Below are positions 45,327-58,970 of a DNA stretch of 64,000 bases, one piece after another (the stretch's first letter is position 1; each line of letters opens with the position of its first letter). A program made the position numbers and the translations under genes. The notes beneath the pieces were generated by a model. It worked only from the letters and a program-made list of their open reading frames with translations. It searched no databases and had not been told where the DNA came from. The stretch comes from the human T2T-CHM13v2.0 reference genome, Homo sapiens, in the NCBI RefSeq assembly GCF_009914755.1, contig NC_060929.1. One strand, written 5' to 3'.

Positions 45327-48099
45327 CTGATGTCGACAGGATCAAGCACAAGCCTCCTTGGCAGGGATGAGGGGTCCTCAGGTCTGGCTGGGCCCACCTG
45401 GCTGCTTCCTGGTCTCTACCACATGCCCCAGCCTCACCCCACGGCCCGCCCAGCACCCGCCAGGCATGCAGTGGCCCCTCTCTTCTCCTCGACAACTGCG
45501 TGCTGTTCCCGGCAGACCCTTGCGTTTCCTGTTCTCTGCCTGGAAAGCCATGTCTTGTTCTCCACGCCCAGTTCTGATGTCACCTTTCTCACACCCAGGA
45601 GTCCTCTGTGACCTGGGAGGGGGCCCACTCCCCCTACCCTCAGCGCTGGGCACTGGCTTGTGATGGTCTCCTGGCCACATGGGGAGCTCCTCGAGGGCAA
45701 GGCCTGGGAACATCTGGAGTCAGTGAACACAGCAGGAAGGGGGGATGGTCAAGCGCACCACAGGCTTGGAAGCAGACACGCCCAGTTCAAGCCCCACTCC
45801 AGCCCTCCTCAACTGGGTCACTCCTCACGGCCTGTGAGTTCACCTCTTCATCTGAGCTCGCTTCAGATGACGCCCCCAGTGCCAGGTGATCATCTGCCGC
45901 TGTGTCCTCAGCATCTGGCCCAGCCCCATGGGGACCATCTGTTAAAGCTCCATCTACCCTACGAGGAGGCGAGTCCCCAAGGGCAGGGCTGGGTCTGATT
46001 CACCTCTTCCTCCCCGGAGCCCAGGGTTCACTCTGCAACTCTGCTGGCTGAAGGGCCTGCTCCCAGCCCAGCTTGGCTGTCCAGTGGGGAGGGGCACCGC
46101 TGCCTTGCCCGAGGTTCCCTCTGCACCCCACGATGGGCGCTGCGTCCTCCATCCTCTGGTGCACCAGGTTAGCTTGACTCCAGGTGCCCTGCTGGTGTGG
46201 CTCCACCTGGTCGCTGGGGTCTGTCTTCCCAGCTCCCATCCGCCCTTCCCTGCATCCTCCTGGGCTGGTTCCAGTTTGGGGCCATCATCTCTTGTGCATC
46301 TTTGCTCACGGCGTCTTCTGCACCTGCACTCCCATCTGACCTTTCCAGACCAACTTCCACCCTGCCCCAACAGAGTGCTTTCAGATCACCCGCCCTGCGA
46401 AAATGTGTCGGTGATCACTGTGACTAGAACAAGTCCTCGTGTCTCTCTATGTGAGCCCCCAACCCACTCTCCAGCTACCCCTAGAACCAAAACAGCATCC
46501 TGCCGCTGCCACGGTGGTGCAGCCACACTGAGCATCCCAAACCTCGCCGGAAGCACGTTCCTCCTCCGTGCCTGTGCTTCTGCTGGTCTAAATCATTATC
46601 TATTGCTGAGGCTCACAGCAGATGTCGCCTCTTCCATAAAAGCTTTTCTGACTCCTTCACCCAGGAAGCAGGGTCCTGCCCTCCTCTGCAGCCCCACGTG
46701 GCCCACTTGGCATGAGTGGCTGGCTTGCTCGCCTTCCTGGCCACACCAGATGGGCTGTGCTTTCTTCACCTCTGCATTCCAGGTGTCTCCTACGGACCTG
46801 GAATGGGGTGGTCATTTGGTGCGTGTTTGTTGAAACTGAATTTTACATGGCAGGGATTTCAGACTCTTCTCTGGTTGGGTTTTGGGCTGACTGCTGAACA
46901 GTCCATTTGCTATCAGACAAAATTCAGTTGCGGTCACGTCAGACATTTCCTTTAGCCAAATCGTTATCTGAGGGTATCACTGGAATACACATCAGCACTA
47001 GCTTGATCTGCTTGGAAACCACCAATGGCATCCGCTCCGAGTCTTCCGATGATGTCCAGATGGGAGCTGCTGCGCTTAGTGCATTTTCTATCATTAAGCT
47101 GACGGGAGCTCCACGTCTGAGAGGGGCGTTTGGCCTTGGGTGGGTCACGCCTCTCTGTGTGCCCGTTTCTCCTCTGGAGCGGCAAGAAGCAGCAGCCAGC
47201 GTATCAGCAAGGTCCCATGGAAGGTGGAGTGATCTCCATTTTGCTAATGCAAAGCACCCTTGGCAGTCAGTGTCCTGCACATTTATACAGAGCTCCAAGC
47301 CCACTGTGGTAGACTGGGGCTTCCCTTGGTGGCTGCAACATCTGGCCTCACCACCGTGTTGAATGGAGGAGACCCTAGGTGAACACTAGGTCCCACTGTA
47401 CGAGCCGGGAGCCCTGACATGTTAGGGAGGCTGGGGGCGGGGTCAAACCAAGGACGAGCAGGCTGCAGAGGGCCCATGGGATTCTGCTGCTGAACAGATG
47501 CAGGCTGCCATCGTACAATGTGGCTCTCTTTTCTTTCTAGCATATCATCCAAACGCCTACTTCCCACTTCTGGGAACTTCTCGCTCCCAGATTCAGAAAC
47601 TGTCCTGGGGCACCAGCAGGTGGGTGCGCAGGTACACGTGAGTCCAGGCTTCCCAGAGGTACGGGCTGCCACCCTTCAGGCCGTGGCCTGGGTCAGGCGC
47701 TGTGGAGAGTGGAGCAGGATGAGACCAGCTGCTGTCCTGGAGGGGCTCAGGGCTGGGCCAGGTGGCAGGACCTGGGAGGCACCCAGGAGAGCTGCTCTAA
47801 GGGAGACGTTGTGTGCACTGCGGAAATGCACGGGGCCAGTGGCGCATGGAGGGGCAGGGAAGGACTGATCAGAAAGGCTGTGTGTGAGCAGAGCCTTGAA
47901 GGGAGGGAGGATTTTGATGCGTCGAAAGGGCAGGCAAGAAACAGCTCTGGGAAGAGCTCAGTCTGTCTGGATCAACTTGTTTTGTCTAGAACTTTCCATG
48001 TGTGAAAGGCAACATGGGAAATAAATTCCTCATGGCTAGGACATGGGTTAAGGGGGAGGAATACCATGGGCTGGGCAGGGAGGAGCTACCATAGTGTTT

Positions 48100-48433
48100 C
48101 TAAAGAAGACTTTATGGTTTCAAAGCAGTCTTAGGCTCACAGCAAAATAGAGTGGAAAGTGCAGAGAGTTCCCATATCCCCTCAGCCCACAAACGCACAG
48201 CCTCCCCCATGATCAGCATCCCCACCAGAGGGTACGTCTGTCGGCTGATGAACCCACACTGACGAGTCATCACCCACATTCCATAGTGTACGTTAGGGTT
48301 CACTCTTGGTAGCATACATCCTGTGGGTTTGGACGACTGTGTAATGACACGTAGCCACCGCTATAGTATCACACGGAGTAGTTCCACTGCCCTAAAAGTA
48401 GTCTAAGCTCCATCCATATACCTCTCCCTCCCC
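48100..48433 (-). mobile_element. L1MC-type 3' end
   Basis: 'cacagcaaaatagagtggaaagtgcagagagttcccatat..gttagggttcactcttgg..cactgccctaaaa'; ACCATAGTG at 48088-48096 and 48436-48444. Confidence 0.82.
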
Positions 48434-48476
48434 ACACCATAGTGACTTGAGCAGGGGAAGAGTGGGGCCAAGCCTG

Positions 48477-48535
48477 GCCTCCAGAAGCCATCGGCCTCCA
48501 GAAGCCGTCAGCCTCCAGAAGCCGTCAGCCTCCAG
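48477..48535. repeat. 17-bp tandem repeat GCCTCCAGAAGCCRTCR, ~3.5 copies
   Basis: Units start at 48477, 48494, 48511 and 48528. Confidence 0.92.
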
Positions 48536-49318
48536 TCCAGAGTGGCACAGCCAGCAAGCTTCACAGCGACTTCCTTCCAGGAGGACCAGGTGCAGCTAGC
48601 ACTGCTGCAAGCCAAGTAGGACACCAACCCCTTTTTATTGTTCCTGGGCTATAAGGTCACGGACTTGCTTTCCCCCTCCTGACTGATTCCTGCTGGCTCC
48701 AGGGCAGATATGCCCACGTCCCTGCACCCCGAGGGCTGCTCCTCATGGCAGCAAAGCCCAGCCAGGGCAGCCTGAGATGGGGTTGGGGGAGACAAGGAAA
48801 TGAATGACTGCTCAGTGTGTGTGCCCCTTCAAGGTTTAGCAAGCTCCCCGCACACCCACCTTCTTGACCCAGCCAGAGGTGAGGACCTTAGGCTGCATCC
48901 GTCGGCCCCTTCTGCCCTGGGGTGGGAGGCCGAAGCTATTCAGTGCGGGTCAGGAGGGACAGCATCAGTCATGTGAGCACAGCTAGGCAGGCCTCAGGGA
49001 GGCTGGCTTGGTAGGTGTGTATCTTGTCCTGTCCAGGGGAGACGAACAGGTCTGGGGCCCTAAACACCTTGACCCCTGGAGAGATGAAGTGTTCCCCCCC
49101 ACACCACCCTCCTGTCCTTGTTCAGACTCCTCTGGCTCCAATTCCAGCTCCCAGGAAACTTCACACCTCGAGAGGATGTGACCTGGGTTAAGGTGATGGC
49201 CTTCTGGAAACTGGAAGAGAACACCCCTCCATGGCAGGTAACAAGAGACGCTTCATCTTCAAGTCTTTTCTTCTGTCCAGAAAGCACTCAGAGAAATTAC
49301 AATAATAAAGTTAGTCCA

Positions 49319-49673
49319 TTATATGGTTTGGCTGTATCCCCACCCAAATCTCATCTTGAATTGAACGTGTTGTGGAAGGGACCCAGTGGGAGGTAATTGA
49401 ATCATGGGGGCAGGTCATTCTCGTGCTGTTCTTGTGACAGTGAATAAGTCTCCTGAGATCTGATGGTTTTATAAGGGGAGTTTCCCTGCACACGCTCCTC
49501 TCTCTTTGCTTGCTGCCATCCATGTAAGATGTGACTTGCTCCTCCTTGCCTTCTGCCATGATTGTAAGGCCCCCCCAGCCAGGTGGAACTGTAAGTCCAT
49601 TAAATCTCTTTCTTTTGTAAACTGCCCAGTCTCAGGTATGTCTTTATCATCAGCATGAGAACAGACTAACACA
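49319..49673 (+). mobile_element. THE1-family solo LTR (THE1A/B-like)
   Basis: 'atatggtttggctgtatccccacccaaatctcatcttgaattg'...'ggtatgtctttatcatcagcatgagaacagactaacaca'; TSD GTCCA/GTTCA. Confidence 0.9.
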
Positions 49674-50109
49674 GTTCAGCAGGGTAGAATGAAAAGGAGG
49701 CACAAAACAAGGGTTGAAACAAATGACCATGCCACGGGCCAGGATTTAAGAGGCAAGACCTTAGGTTCCAGGCCCTTCTAGATGTGGCCCGAAGTACTGA
49801 GTCACGTTAATGTGGAACCCAGCTGGAGGAACCACTGAGGGCACATGCAGAATAGCACCCAACCAGCACCTAGGAAAAGGGCAGCCAGTTCCAGAACTAA
49901 GGCCAGCACCAAATTCATGCCACGTGTCTGCACGGCAGGTTCCCATAATCAATGTCACTTATGCATGACCCTCTTGAGATGTGCAGTCTGGATGGAATCA
50001 AAGGACTCACAAAAGGTTTTGAAAAGAGCATGCTGGGGAGAGTGCAAAGCCAGGCCGCTGGCCTGCAGGTCCTGGGCGTGCTTCTTCACCCTTGTGTTTA
50101 AAATGTCAA

Positions 50110-51005
50110 AGGAATAAAGAGATGTGGTGTATACACAATGGAATACTATCCAGCCTTACAAAAGGAGGAAATCCTGTCATTTGAGACAATATGTGTGAAC
50201 CTGGAAGACATGACGCTAAGTGAAATAAGCCAGGCACAGAAAGACAAACACCACATGATCTCACTGATATGTGGAATCTAAAAAAAAAATAGAGCTCATG
50301 GAAGCAGAGAGGCTTCAGAAACTTGGCGGCAGGGGATTGGGGGACATTGGCCAACGGATATAGAGTTTCATTAGACAGGGGGAAGAAATTCAAGAGAGCT
50401 ACTGTCCACAGGGCAAGGTGGCTCACCTTTGTAATCCCAGCACTTTGGGAGGTCCAGGCAGGAAGATGGGTTGCACCCAGGAGATCAGCCTGGGTAACAC
50501 GGTGAGACCCTATCTCTCTTGAAAAATAAAATGTTGAATAATAAAATTATTCAATCTAGTCCATCCTAAATTTGCTTAAAAGGAAAAAAATATTAAAATA
50601 AATAAACAAATAAATATTAGCCCAGCGTGGTGGTGTGCACCTGCAGTCCCAGCTACTCAAGAGGCTGAGGCAGGAGGATCCCTTGAGCCCAGGAGGTCAA
50701 GGTTGCAGTGAGCCGTGATCACATAACTGCACTCCAGCCTGTGTGACAGAGTGTGACCCTGTCTCACAAAGAAAAGATCTATTGTATAACATGATGACTG
50801 TGGTTAATAACAAGGTTTTGTATTCTTGAAAATTGCTAAGAATAGATCTTAAGTGTTCTCATTACAAAAAAATGCTAAGTCCATGAGCTAATGGATGTTC
50901 ATGAGGTTGACGTCTCTCTCTGCCATGTAGACATGTATCAGAAACATCATGCCGCACACCATATAGACAATGTTTGTCAATTAAAAATAAATACATAATA
51001 AATAC
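50110..51005 (+). mobile_element. L1MA-type 3' end interrupted by an AluJ
   Basis: 'atacacaatggaatactatccagcc..aaataagccaggcacagaaagacaaa', resuming 'gatctattgtataacatgatgact..cttgaaaattgctaaga..tgtcaattaaaaataaa'. Confidence 0.88.
50411..50772 (+). mobile_element. AluJ with an expanded (~100-bp) linker
   Basis: Left arm 50411-50518, right arm 50617-50766 with AluJ-type 'ggaggatcccttgagcccaggaggtcaagg'. Confidence 0.85.
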
Positions 51006-51819
51006 ATATAAAATGCCAAAGGAAAAATGTTCTGTGCAGAATTGATGAGGAGTTAGACCCTGAAACGCACATCCAAATATCTCCACTTCCCTATCCTACA
51101 TGGGTTCGACCAGTGTCACCAGGCAGCACCCCAGGCCTAGAGGGTGAGAGGCTGTGTGCACTCAGACTATGGCCCCAGTTGACTCTCAAATCCTCACATG
51201 CAGGCATGCCCCAGCAGGGAGGACGACTGGAGGAGGGGCCGGCTGCAGCTCTGGGGTCGGATGGGCCTCGCGGGCTTGGTTCCAGCTGAGACTCCGCCAG
51301 TCCCACCTCAAAGTCGCCCCTACACCTTGGCTGAGCTACCTGACCTTGGTATCAGCCCTGAACACTGGACACGCGGCGACGGGCCTGAGCCTCCCTCAGG
51401 GGCACTGTCACCAACCCCTGGGCCAAATGACCTTTGTGGCGCCCTGCCTGGCTCACAGCTCACCCACCCCGCACACCCTGGGGATTGCACAGTTCTCCCT
51501 CCTGTGACAGGGCAGCCCTGTCCGCGGTCCCTCTTCCCGATGGTGAGCTTCCCACCAATGTAGAAGCGCCTTCCCTTCCTGTCATCTACTCTCGGCCACC
51601 CAGCTGAGCCCCCACCGCCCCAGGGGGCTCCACGGAGTGAATCTGAGGGCGGAAATGTTTCTAAGCATTCATTTTCTAGCTGTTGCCAACTAGAGTGAAA
51701 TCCTTCTGACTCAGCTTGAACTACAGCTCTGAAATCTAACAAGTTAGTTAAGAAGGATTTTAGAAAAGAAAAATTGAGCCTGGCCAAGTCTGCGATAGGA
51801 AATCCAGGATCCTTTCTAG

Positions 51820-51970
51820 ATTAGAGGCTGCACAGTGACAGCCGTGACCCACAGATGTTTTGTCTGGTCTGCAGAGTGTTTTAAAACACGGGAACTCATA
51901 GCCCAGAGTTAAAAATCAGGCAATTTCACACACAACTCTGGATTTCTGGTTCCTCTGGAAGAAATAAGGT
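51820..51970. mobile_element. MER102-like fragment (opposite orientation to the 12.5-kb copy)
   Basis: 'acagatgttttgtctggtctgcagagtgttttaaaa..atttcacacacaactctggatttctgg'. Confidence 0.55.
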
Positions 51971-52184
51971 GATGGGGCAGCAGGGGTGACTCCAAAGACG
52001 GGGCTGACGCAGGGGGCTGGCAGACAGCGGGGCGTGCTGGGAGGCACTTCGAGAGAGTGTTGCCCAGGAGAGTGGTGCTGGGCTCCGATGTGGCTGGGAG
52101 CTGGCACAATTTATACACTTGGCAGGAGCGCCGTTTCCTCCAGGTTTTCTGTTTCTTATTAAAGTTTTTAGTCCGAGGGCGTAG

Positions 52185-52915
<731 letters not shown>

Positions 52916-52944
52916 TGAGTACTGCCAGAGTAAGAAATCAAACC

Positions 52945-53130
52945 CTTGGTAAAAAGCACAGGCTTAACAAGACCCCAAAACACTGACATGGGTTTGACTG
53001 CCACTCACCAGCTGGCCTTGTGCCCTTGGACCCCCACTGGGTTTGGTGCCTCTCCTGGCCTTGGTTTTCTCAGCTATAAAATGGGCACAGCAGCAGTAAC
53101 ACCACAGGGTTGCCATGGCTGTGAGATGGG
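52945..53130 (+). mobile_element. MIR
   Basis: 'gccactcaccagctg..ggccttggttttctcagctataaaatggg..cagggttgcc'. Confidence 0.6.
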
Positions 53131-53232
53131 CACAGGACAAGGGCAGCGCCCTCGTTTGGGTTCCGCAGAACTGACTGCCGTTCTCAGTGCAGCCCAGGCG
53201 CGAACCTCCAAGGTGTCCTGCCCCACACTTTA

Positions 53233-53539
<307 letters not shown>

Positions 53540-54291
53540 CTGCCGTGCACTTTAACCTGAAGAGATGAATCTGGACAAAACCCAGTTGCTGGCATAATCC
53601 TGACATGCTGCTCACCCTGTTTCCTCCCATCCTCGTCCCAGGGGGCTGCCTCCCTCAGGAGAGGTGGGTGCCGAAGTTGTCACCAGGCACCGTGTGGCAG
53701 AGCAGGGCAGTCAGAGCTCGCTTTGAACATATCTGGGCAGGGCCTCGCCTGAGGAGAGCAGGGCAGGCACGAGTGGGGCCGGAGGGGAAGTGCAGCACCG
53801 GCGCCCGCACCCTTCAACTTCTCAGTTTTCTCTGTCGGTTGATTTGGACGCGTTCTCACAGGTCATATGCACCTTTGAGTCCAATTTTACTCACAAGGAT
53901 GCGCAAGGGTACAATTCTCAGCACACGCCAGCTTCTACCAAGATGGAGACAGTGGATCTAAGGCTATCTGCTGAATAGATCACAGAGTAATGAGTACATT
54001 AATGGTGGCAGCAAGGGCATGGCTGATGCTCCGTGATAACCTGAGCCAATCTTTGCTCCTCCCAGCCTCTGCACACCCTTCCCTCTGCAACCCTTCTATC
54101 CCTGAGGTGCCCTTCCCTCCACCTCTCTCCACTGCACAAACTCTTCCTCTCCCTTCCAGGCCCAGTTCAACAGTCACTTCCTTGACGCCTCATAATGGTC
54201 ACCACTGCCTGCCTATCTCTGCTGCTGCCCTTACCACAGACACCGTGGACAGCAGCTCGTGGCTGTGCCCCCCACGCCTCCGTAAGGTTTT

Positions 54292-54485
54292 TGAGTGCGG
54301 TTAAAATCATGGGCTTGGGAACCAGACTGCCTGGGTTTGCATTCCAGCTCTGCCACCTGTGACTTCTCTGTGCCTCAGTTTCCTCATCCGTGAAATGAGA
54401 ACAGCACCTACCTCACTGGGCTGCTGTAAGAGTTTAGATGAGTGAAGGTGTTGTCAGTGTCCAGCTTTAGTAAGCGCTGAAAACC
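54292..54485 (+). mobile_element. MIR
   Basis: 'ccagactgcctgggtttg..ccagctctgccac..tctctgtgcctcagtttcctcatccgtgaaatg'. Confidence 0.8.
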
Positions 54486-54494
54486 TGTTAGTTA

Positions 54495-55162
54495 AAACCA
54501 CTTCCCACCTGCTAGGATGGCTGCAATCAAAAGTCAGATAATAACAGGTGTTGGTGCAACGTGGCACGACTGGAACCCTCATACATGGCTGGTGGGAACG
54601 TGAAATGGTGCAGCCACTTTGGAAGCCAGTCTGGCAGCTTAATCAAACAGCTAAGCACAGAGTTACCCTGAGACTCAGAAATTCCACTCCTCGAGGCATC
54701 AGGAGTCAAATTATTGAATAACCCCAATAACCAATAACCCATAATCAAGTAGCCAAAGAGAAATGAAAACATATATCCAGAAAAAGTTTGCACACAAATG
54801 TTCATAGAAGCATACGTATAACAGCCAAAAGGTGGCGACAACCGAAATCACCGTCAGCTGATGAACGGATGAAGACAATGTGGTTGATCTGAACACCAGA
54901 ATATCACTCTGCCATCGAAAGCTGCAACATGCTACCTGCCACAACATGGACGAACCTTGAAAACATGATGGGAAGTGACATGAACCACAGAAGGTCACAC
55001 GCTGCAGGAGTCCATTTCTAGGAAATGTCCAGAATGAACAAATCCACAGGGACAGAAAGTAGACTCGTGGTTGGCAGGGGCTGGGGGAGAGGAGGGGAGG
55101 TGGGGGATAATAGCTACAGGGCATGGGCTTTCTTCCGCAGGGGATGAAAAGGTCCTAAAACG
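54495..55162 (+). mobile_element. L1MB-type ORF2 end/3' UTR
   Basis: 'ctaggatggctgcaatcaaaagtcagataataacaggtgttgg..aaatggtgcagccactttggaa..ggaaatgtccagaa'. Confidence 0.87.
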
Positions 55163-55169
55163 GACATCT

Positions 55170-56135
55170 CTCCCCTGGATTCTCCAAACCCTACCGACTG
55201 CCTCCAGGCACCACCTTGCCCTGCATCCTGTCTTCCGCATGGCAGCCAGGGTGACCCTGTAAGAACCTAAATCAGAACTTGGCCTTTCTCTCGGAACCCT
55301 GCAATGACTTTCTGTCTCACACAGAGTCGATGGTCTCACCTCACGATGGCCCAAAAGGCCCTGCGTGGTCCCGCCCTGCCCCTCCGACAGCCTCGTTCCT
55401 GCTTTCCCGTCTTACTTCTCTCCCACCTTGCTGACCTCAGTCTCACCAGGCAAACGCTTGCTCACTGAGGTGGCCCCTGTGCTGGATCCCCGTCTCCACC
55501 AGAAATCCACTTGACCCATTCCCTTTTCTTTCTTTCTTTTTTCTTTTTTGAGACGGAGTCTGCCTCTGTTGCCCAGGCTGGAGTGCAGTGGCACAATCTT
55601 GGCTCACTGAAACCTCCGCCTCCCAGGTTCAAGTGATTCTTCTGCCTCAGTCTCCCGAGTAGCTGGGATTATAGGCGCCTGCCACCATGTCTGGCTAATT
55701 TTTGTATTTTTAGTAGAGACAGGGTTTCACCATGTTGGCCAGCTGGTCTCGAACTACTGACCTCAAGTGATCTGCCCGCCTCGGCCTCCAAAAGTGTTGG
55801 GATTATAGGCGTGAGCCACCACGCCCGGCTCCCATTCCCTTTTCTACAGCTGTAAGTTGTGGCTCAAATGTCTTCCTCCCAGGGGGACCCCTGGCCCTGC
55901 CTCCCTACTCTATTTAATATCCCACTCTGCACACGCCACATCCCAGTGTGATGAAGGCACAGTCTCATCTGTGCTTTCTCTTTTCCATAGCACTTGTCAT
56001 CTTCTAAAGTACTACAGGGCATGCTTATTATATTCATGATTTGTCTGTCCCCTTGCTAAACGGGCATGCCATCGGATCCGGGTTTCCGTCTGTTTTGTTA
56101 TTTAGGTATTCTCTGCTATTGGTTGGTGCTCGGTG
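55170..56135 (+). mobile_element. L2 fragments interrupted by an Alu
   Basis: 'gcagccagggtgaccctgtaagaacctaaatcaga..accctgcaatgacttt', 'tccatagcacttgtcatcttcta', 'ggtgctcggtgaacat'. Confidence 0.6.
55530..55830 (-). mobile_element. AluSz/Sx-like
   Basis: Perfect 15-bp TSD CCCATTCCCTTTTCT at 55515-55529 and 55831-55845. Confidence 0.95.
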
Positions 56136-56164
56136 AACATGTGAGAAGGAACTCTGTCTTCACA

Positions 56165-56560
56165 TCTCTGAGAAGTAGGTATTATCATTTCCGTTTCTCA
56201 GGTGGGACATGATGGCTCAGAGAGGTTAGGTGACCTGCCCCAGGGACCACAGCTGGGACAGGGAGTTGGGTGTGAGGCCCCCCACTGCCTGGTGCTGGGG
56301 AGACCCCCTGCACTGCATTGGTGCCCCTGGTCTTCTAGACAAAGGGCAGCAGATGACCATAGCTGCTCTTTAGGAACCAGGCACTGAGTTAGGTGCTTTA
56401 GATACACCACCTGTAATTCTCAAGCAATCCTGCAAGTTAGGCCTCTTACTTCCATTTAATAGAAGAGAAATCGGAAGCTCTGAAAGGTGAGGGAACATGC
56501 CCAAGGCCACACAGCTAGGAGACAGTGGAACCAGATGCTTCTTTGTGTAAGGGGTGCAAG
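56165..56560 (-). mobile_element. Two MIR fragments (56165-56270 and 56380-56560)
   Basis: 'ggctcagagaggttaggtgacctgccccagggacc' and 'tgcccaaggccacacagctagg'. Confidence 0.7.
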
Positions 56561-57747
56561 CTTCCACATGCAGCTGAGACCCTCCGCCATCTGCAAGGCG
56601 AAAGTCATGCCCTGTTTACTGCCAAGATAAGCACTGCTGGGGACAAAAGTGCCAAGGAGGCTAAATTAGGGCTTAGCAGGACAGGAGTGAAAGGGAAATA
56701 GCAAAAGGCTGCCTCCCATGACTTCATCAAAGTGAACCCTGGCCACTTTTATCTTCCCCCGAAAAGGCTGATAAATGCACAAAAGCCCTCCCTCCCCTCG
56801 GCACACCAGGAACCACAGAAACTGGACTACTCATCACCTCTTGAAGGGGTCACCGGCTGGAGGATGTCTCAAGGACAAATGCGATGCCCCGCAGCCTGTT
56901 TCATGGGGTCTGACAGGGAGCCGGTTGCAGATTGATGGGACTACGCGGGCCACGCACAGGAAAGCGTCTGAGTCAGCAGTGGGCAGCGGGTAGGAACCAG
57001 CATCCACCCAGCAGAGCTATGATTAACGTAATTCCAACAGATCTTCTCCCGTAACGGGCTGGTGTTTCACATCTGTCAGACACAGAGCTGCCTCCCCTGA
57101 ACATGCCATGTCTTTCCTTCCTGGCTGTGCAAAGGCAGTGTGTTCCTCCTTCCTTTTCCAAGGGAAGGCATGAACTGCCTGGTGTTTTAAGAAGTGAAAT
57201 TCTGGCCCTCATCTCCAGGGGCCGGGGCCACCCCACTGCTTCTGGAGAATCAGCCCAAGGCATTCGGCAGTCAGTCCCGACATGGGTCTACCCAAACTCA
57301 CTAGTGAAAACTCACCACACAGCCAGACGTGTCATCCTGGGCCTTTTGCCTTTTCTTCACCCTCTGCCACCGGCCATGTGTCCTAGGATCCTCAAGCCTA
57401 ACTTCCCTGGGTGCAATTCCCCATCCCAACCCCATCTCCAAGGCGGTGCCATCCTCCCCTGGACCTTCGATCTTCAGGGGTGTGGGAAGCCATGGGAGTG
57501 GCGTGGAGGTGGTGTGGACAAGCGCGCGAGTCACGGTCACAGTCTGTCACCGGGAGGCCGAGAGAGCAGGTGCAGGGCAGGCCGAGGGGACTCCTGCGTA
57601 GAGGTGGCCAGTGGAAGGCGCTTTAGGGGCTGGTGAGCCATCCTGTGTGTGTGGCAGGAGCTGGGGCCCACGACACACGGTGGAGAAGACACTGGAGAAG
57701 CAGGCAGGGGTCATTGGGAGAAGGGATTTACTCAAGAGCCACAGTGT

Positions 57748-58044
57748 GCCAAGCACGATGGCACGTGTCTGTGTTCCTAGCCACTCAGGAGGCTGAGGCA
57801 GGAGGATCGGTGAGCCCACGAGCTCCGGGCTGAAGTGCACAATGCTGACTGAGTGTGCACAGTAAGTTTGGCATCAATATGGTGACCTCCCAGGAGAAGG
57901 GGACCACCAGGTTGCCGAAGGAGGGGTGATCCGGCCCAGGTCAGAAGCAGAGCAGGTTGAAATCCCATGCTGATCAGTAGTGGGACTGTGTCTGTGAACA
58001 GCCACTGCACTCTAGCCTGGACAACATAGTGAGACCCCATCTTT
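57748..58044 (+). pseudogene. Full-length 7SL (SRP) RNA retrocopy (RN7SL pseudogene)
   Basis: Contains the S domain that Alu lacks ('ggcatcaatatggtgacctccc..ggaccaccaggttgcc..ggcccaggtc..gagcagg..gctgatcagtagtggga'); short A tail; perfect TSD AAGAGCCACAGTG at 57734-57746 and 58056-58068. Confidence 0.95.
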
Positions 58045-58687
58045 TAAAAAGTAAAAAGAGCCACAGTGGTAGCTCTCCAAGGGGATAACAGGCCCCACAG
58101 AGCCCTGGGAAAATGCACATGTGCACAGACACTCAGTCTGCCCCATTTCAGGGTTTTCCTGCACCCCCTGAGGACTGCAGTCCATGCCCCACAGCAAGTG
58201 GGCCTCCTCAAGCAGGACGATACCGGTATGGGACCTGTACTTCTGCCGCTGACTGGAGGGAGTGGCAAGAAGGGCAGGGCTGGGAAGCCTAACTGGGAAT
58301 TGGCATATGGGTTTTTGGTAAATCCAGTGTGATCAGAGTAGTAAAACCAGAGCTCAAGTGAGGGTTAGGGCTGGAGGTCACTAACACCAACCCAAGAGGG
58401 AGAAGGTGGCGTGGAGATGGGAGAAGTTCCCCCGCAGAGGCGACAATGAACAGAGCTGATGGGATGTGGGGTGGGGCCGGGCAGTTTGCAGGATACGCAG
58501 GGATGGAGCAGCGCTGAGTGCCCAGGGAGGTTTGGTGCCTCCTGGGAAAGGTCACCTGCCTCAGGGTGAGGAAGGACCCTCATCACCAAGGCTCAAGGAC
58601 AGGGTGAATGGAGACCGCTGGCAGGTGGCAGCGGCCGCAGGACGGAAGATCCTGAGGCAGACCCAGGCTTGGCCAAGCTTGCCCAAC

Positions 58688-58970
58688 AGGTCTGACTGAG
58701 GCTCCACACAGAGACCCCATCCTTCTCTTATTTGGAATCCCAAAAGCTCTAAGAGCCAAGAGTTTATGTTAAACTGGAGTAGTTTTCAGTTGGAGGCAAG
58801 CCAGATTGATGTGAGGCTGTTTCTAGACTTTATTTATCTCACTTGCGGGTGTGTTTATACATTTCACTGCAGAAACATTAGCCTGTCTGGTTATGGGAGC
58901 TGCCCCAGAAGGATTCTGAATTCTGCACACGTCAAGCTCAAAGGGTTTGGCTAACAGATTGTGAACCTGC
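58688..58970. mobile_element. MER46C-like Tigger fossil
   Basis: 'tgatgtgaggctgttt..tttatttatctcactt..catttcactgcagaaacatt', ending 'ttctgaattctg..aagggtttgg..gattgtgaacctg'. Confidence 0.6.

Noticed and set aside
46084-46833. Longest ORF in the window (249 aa)
   Set aside because: It has a GTG start, low-information Pro/Ser/Leu composition and no recognisable domain, as expected by chance in GC-rich DNA.
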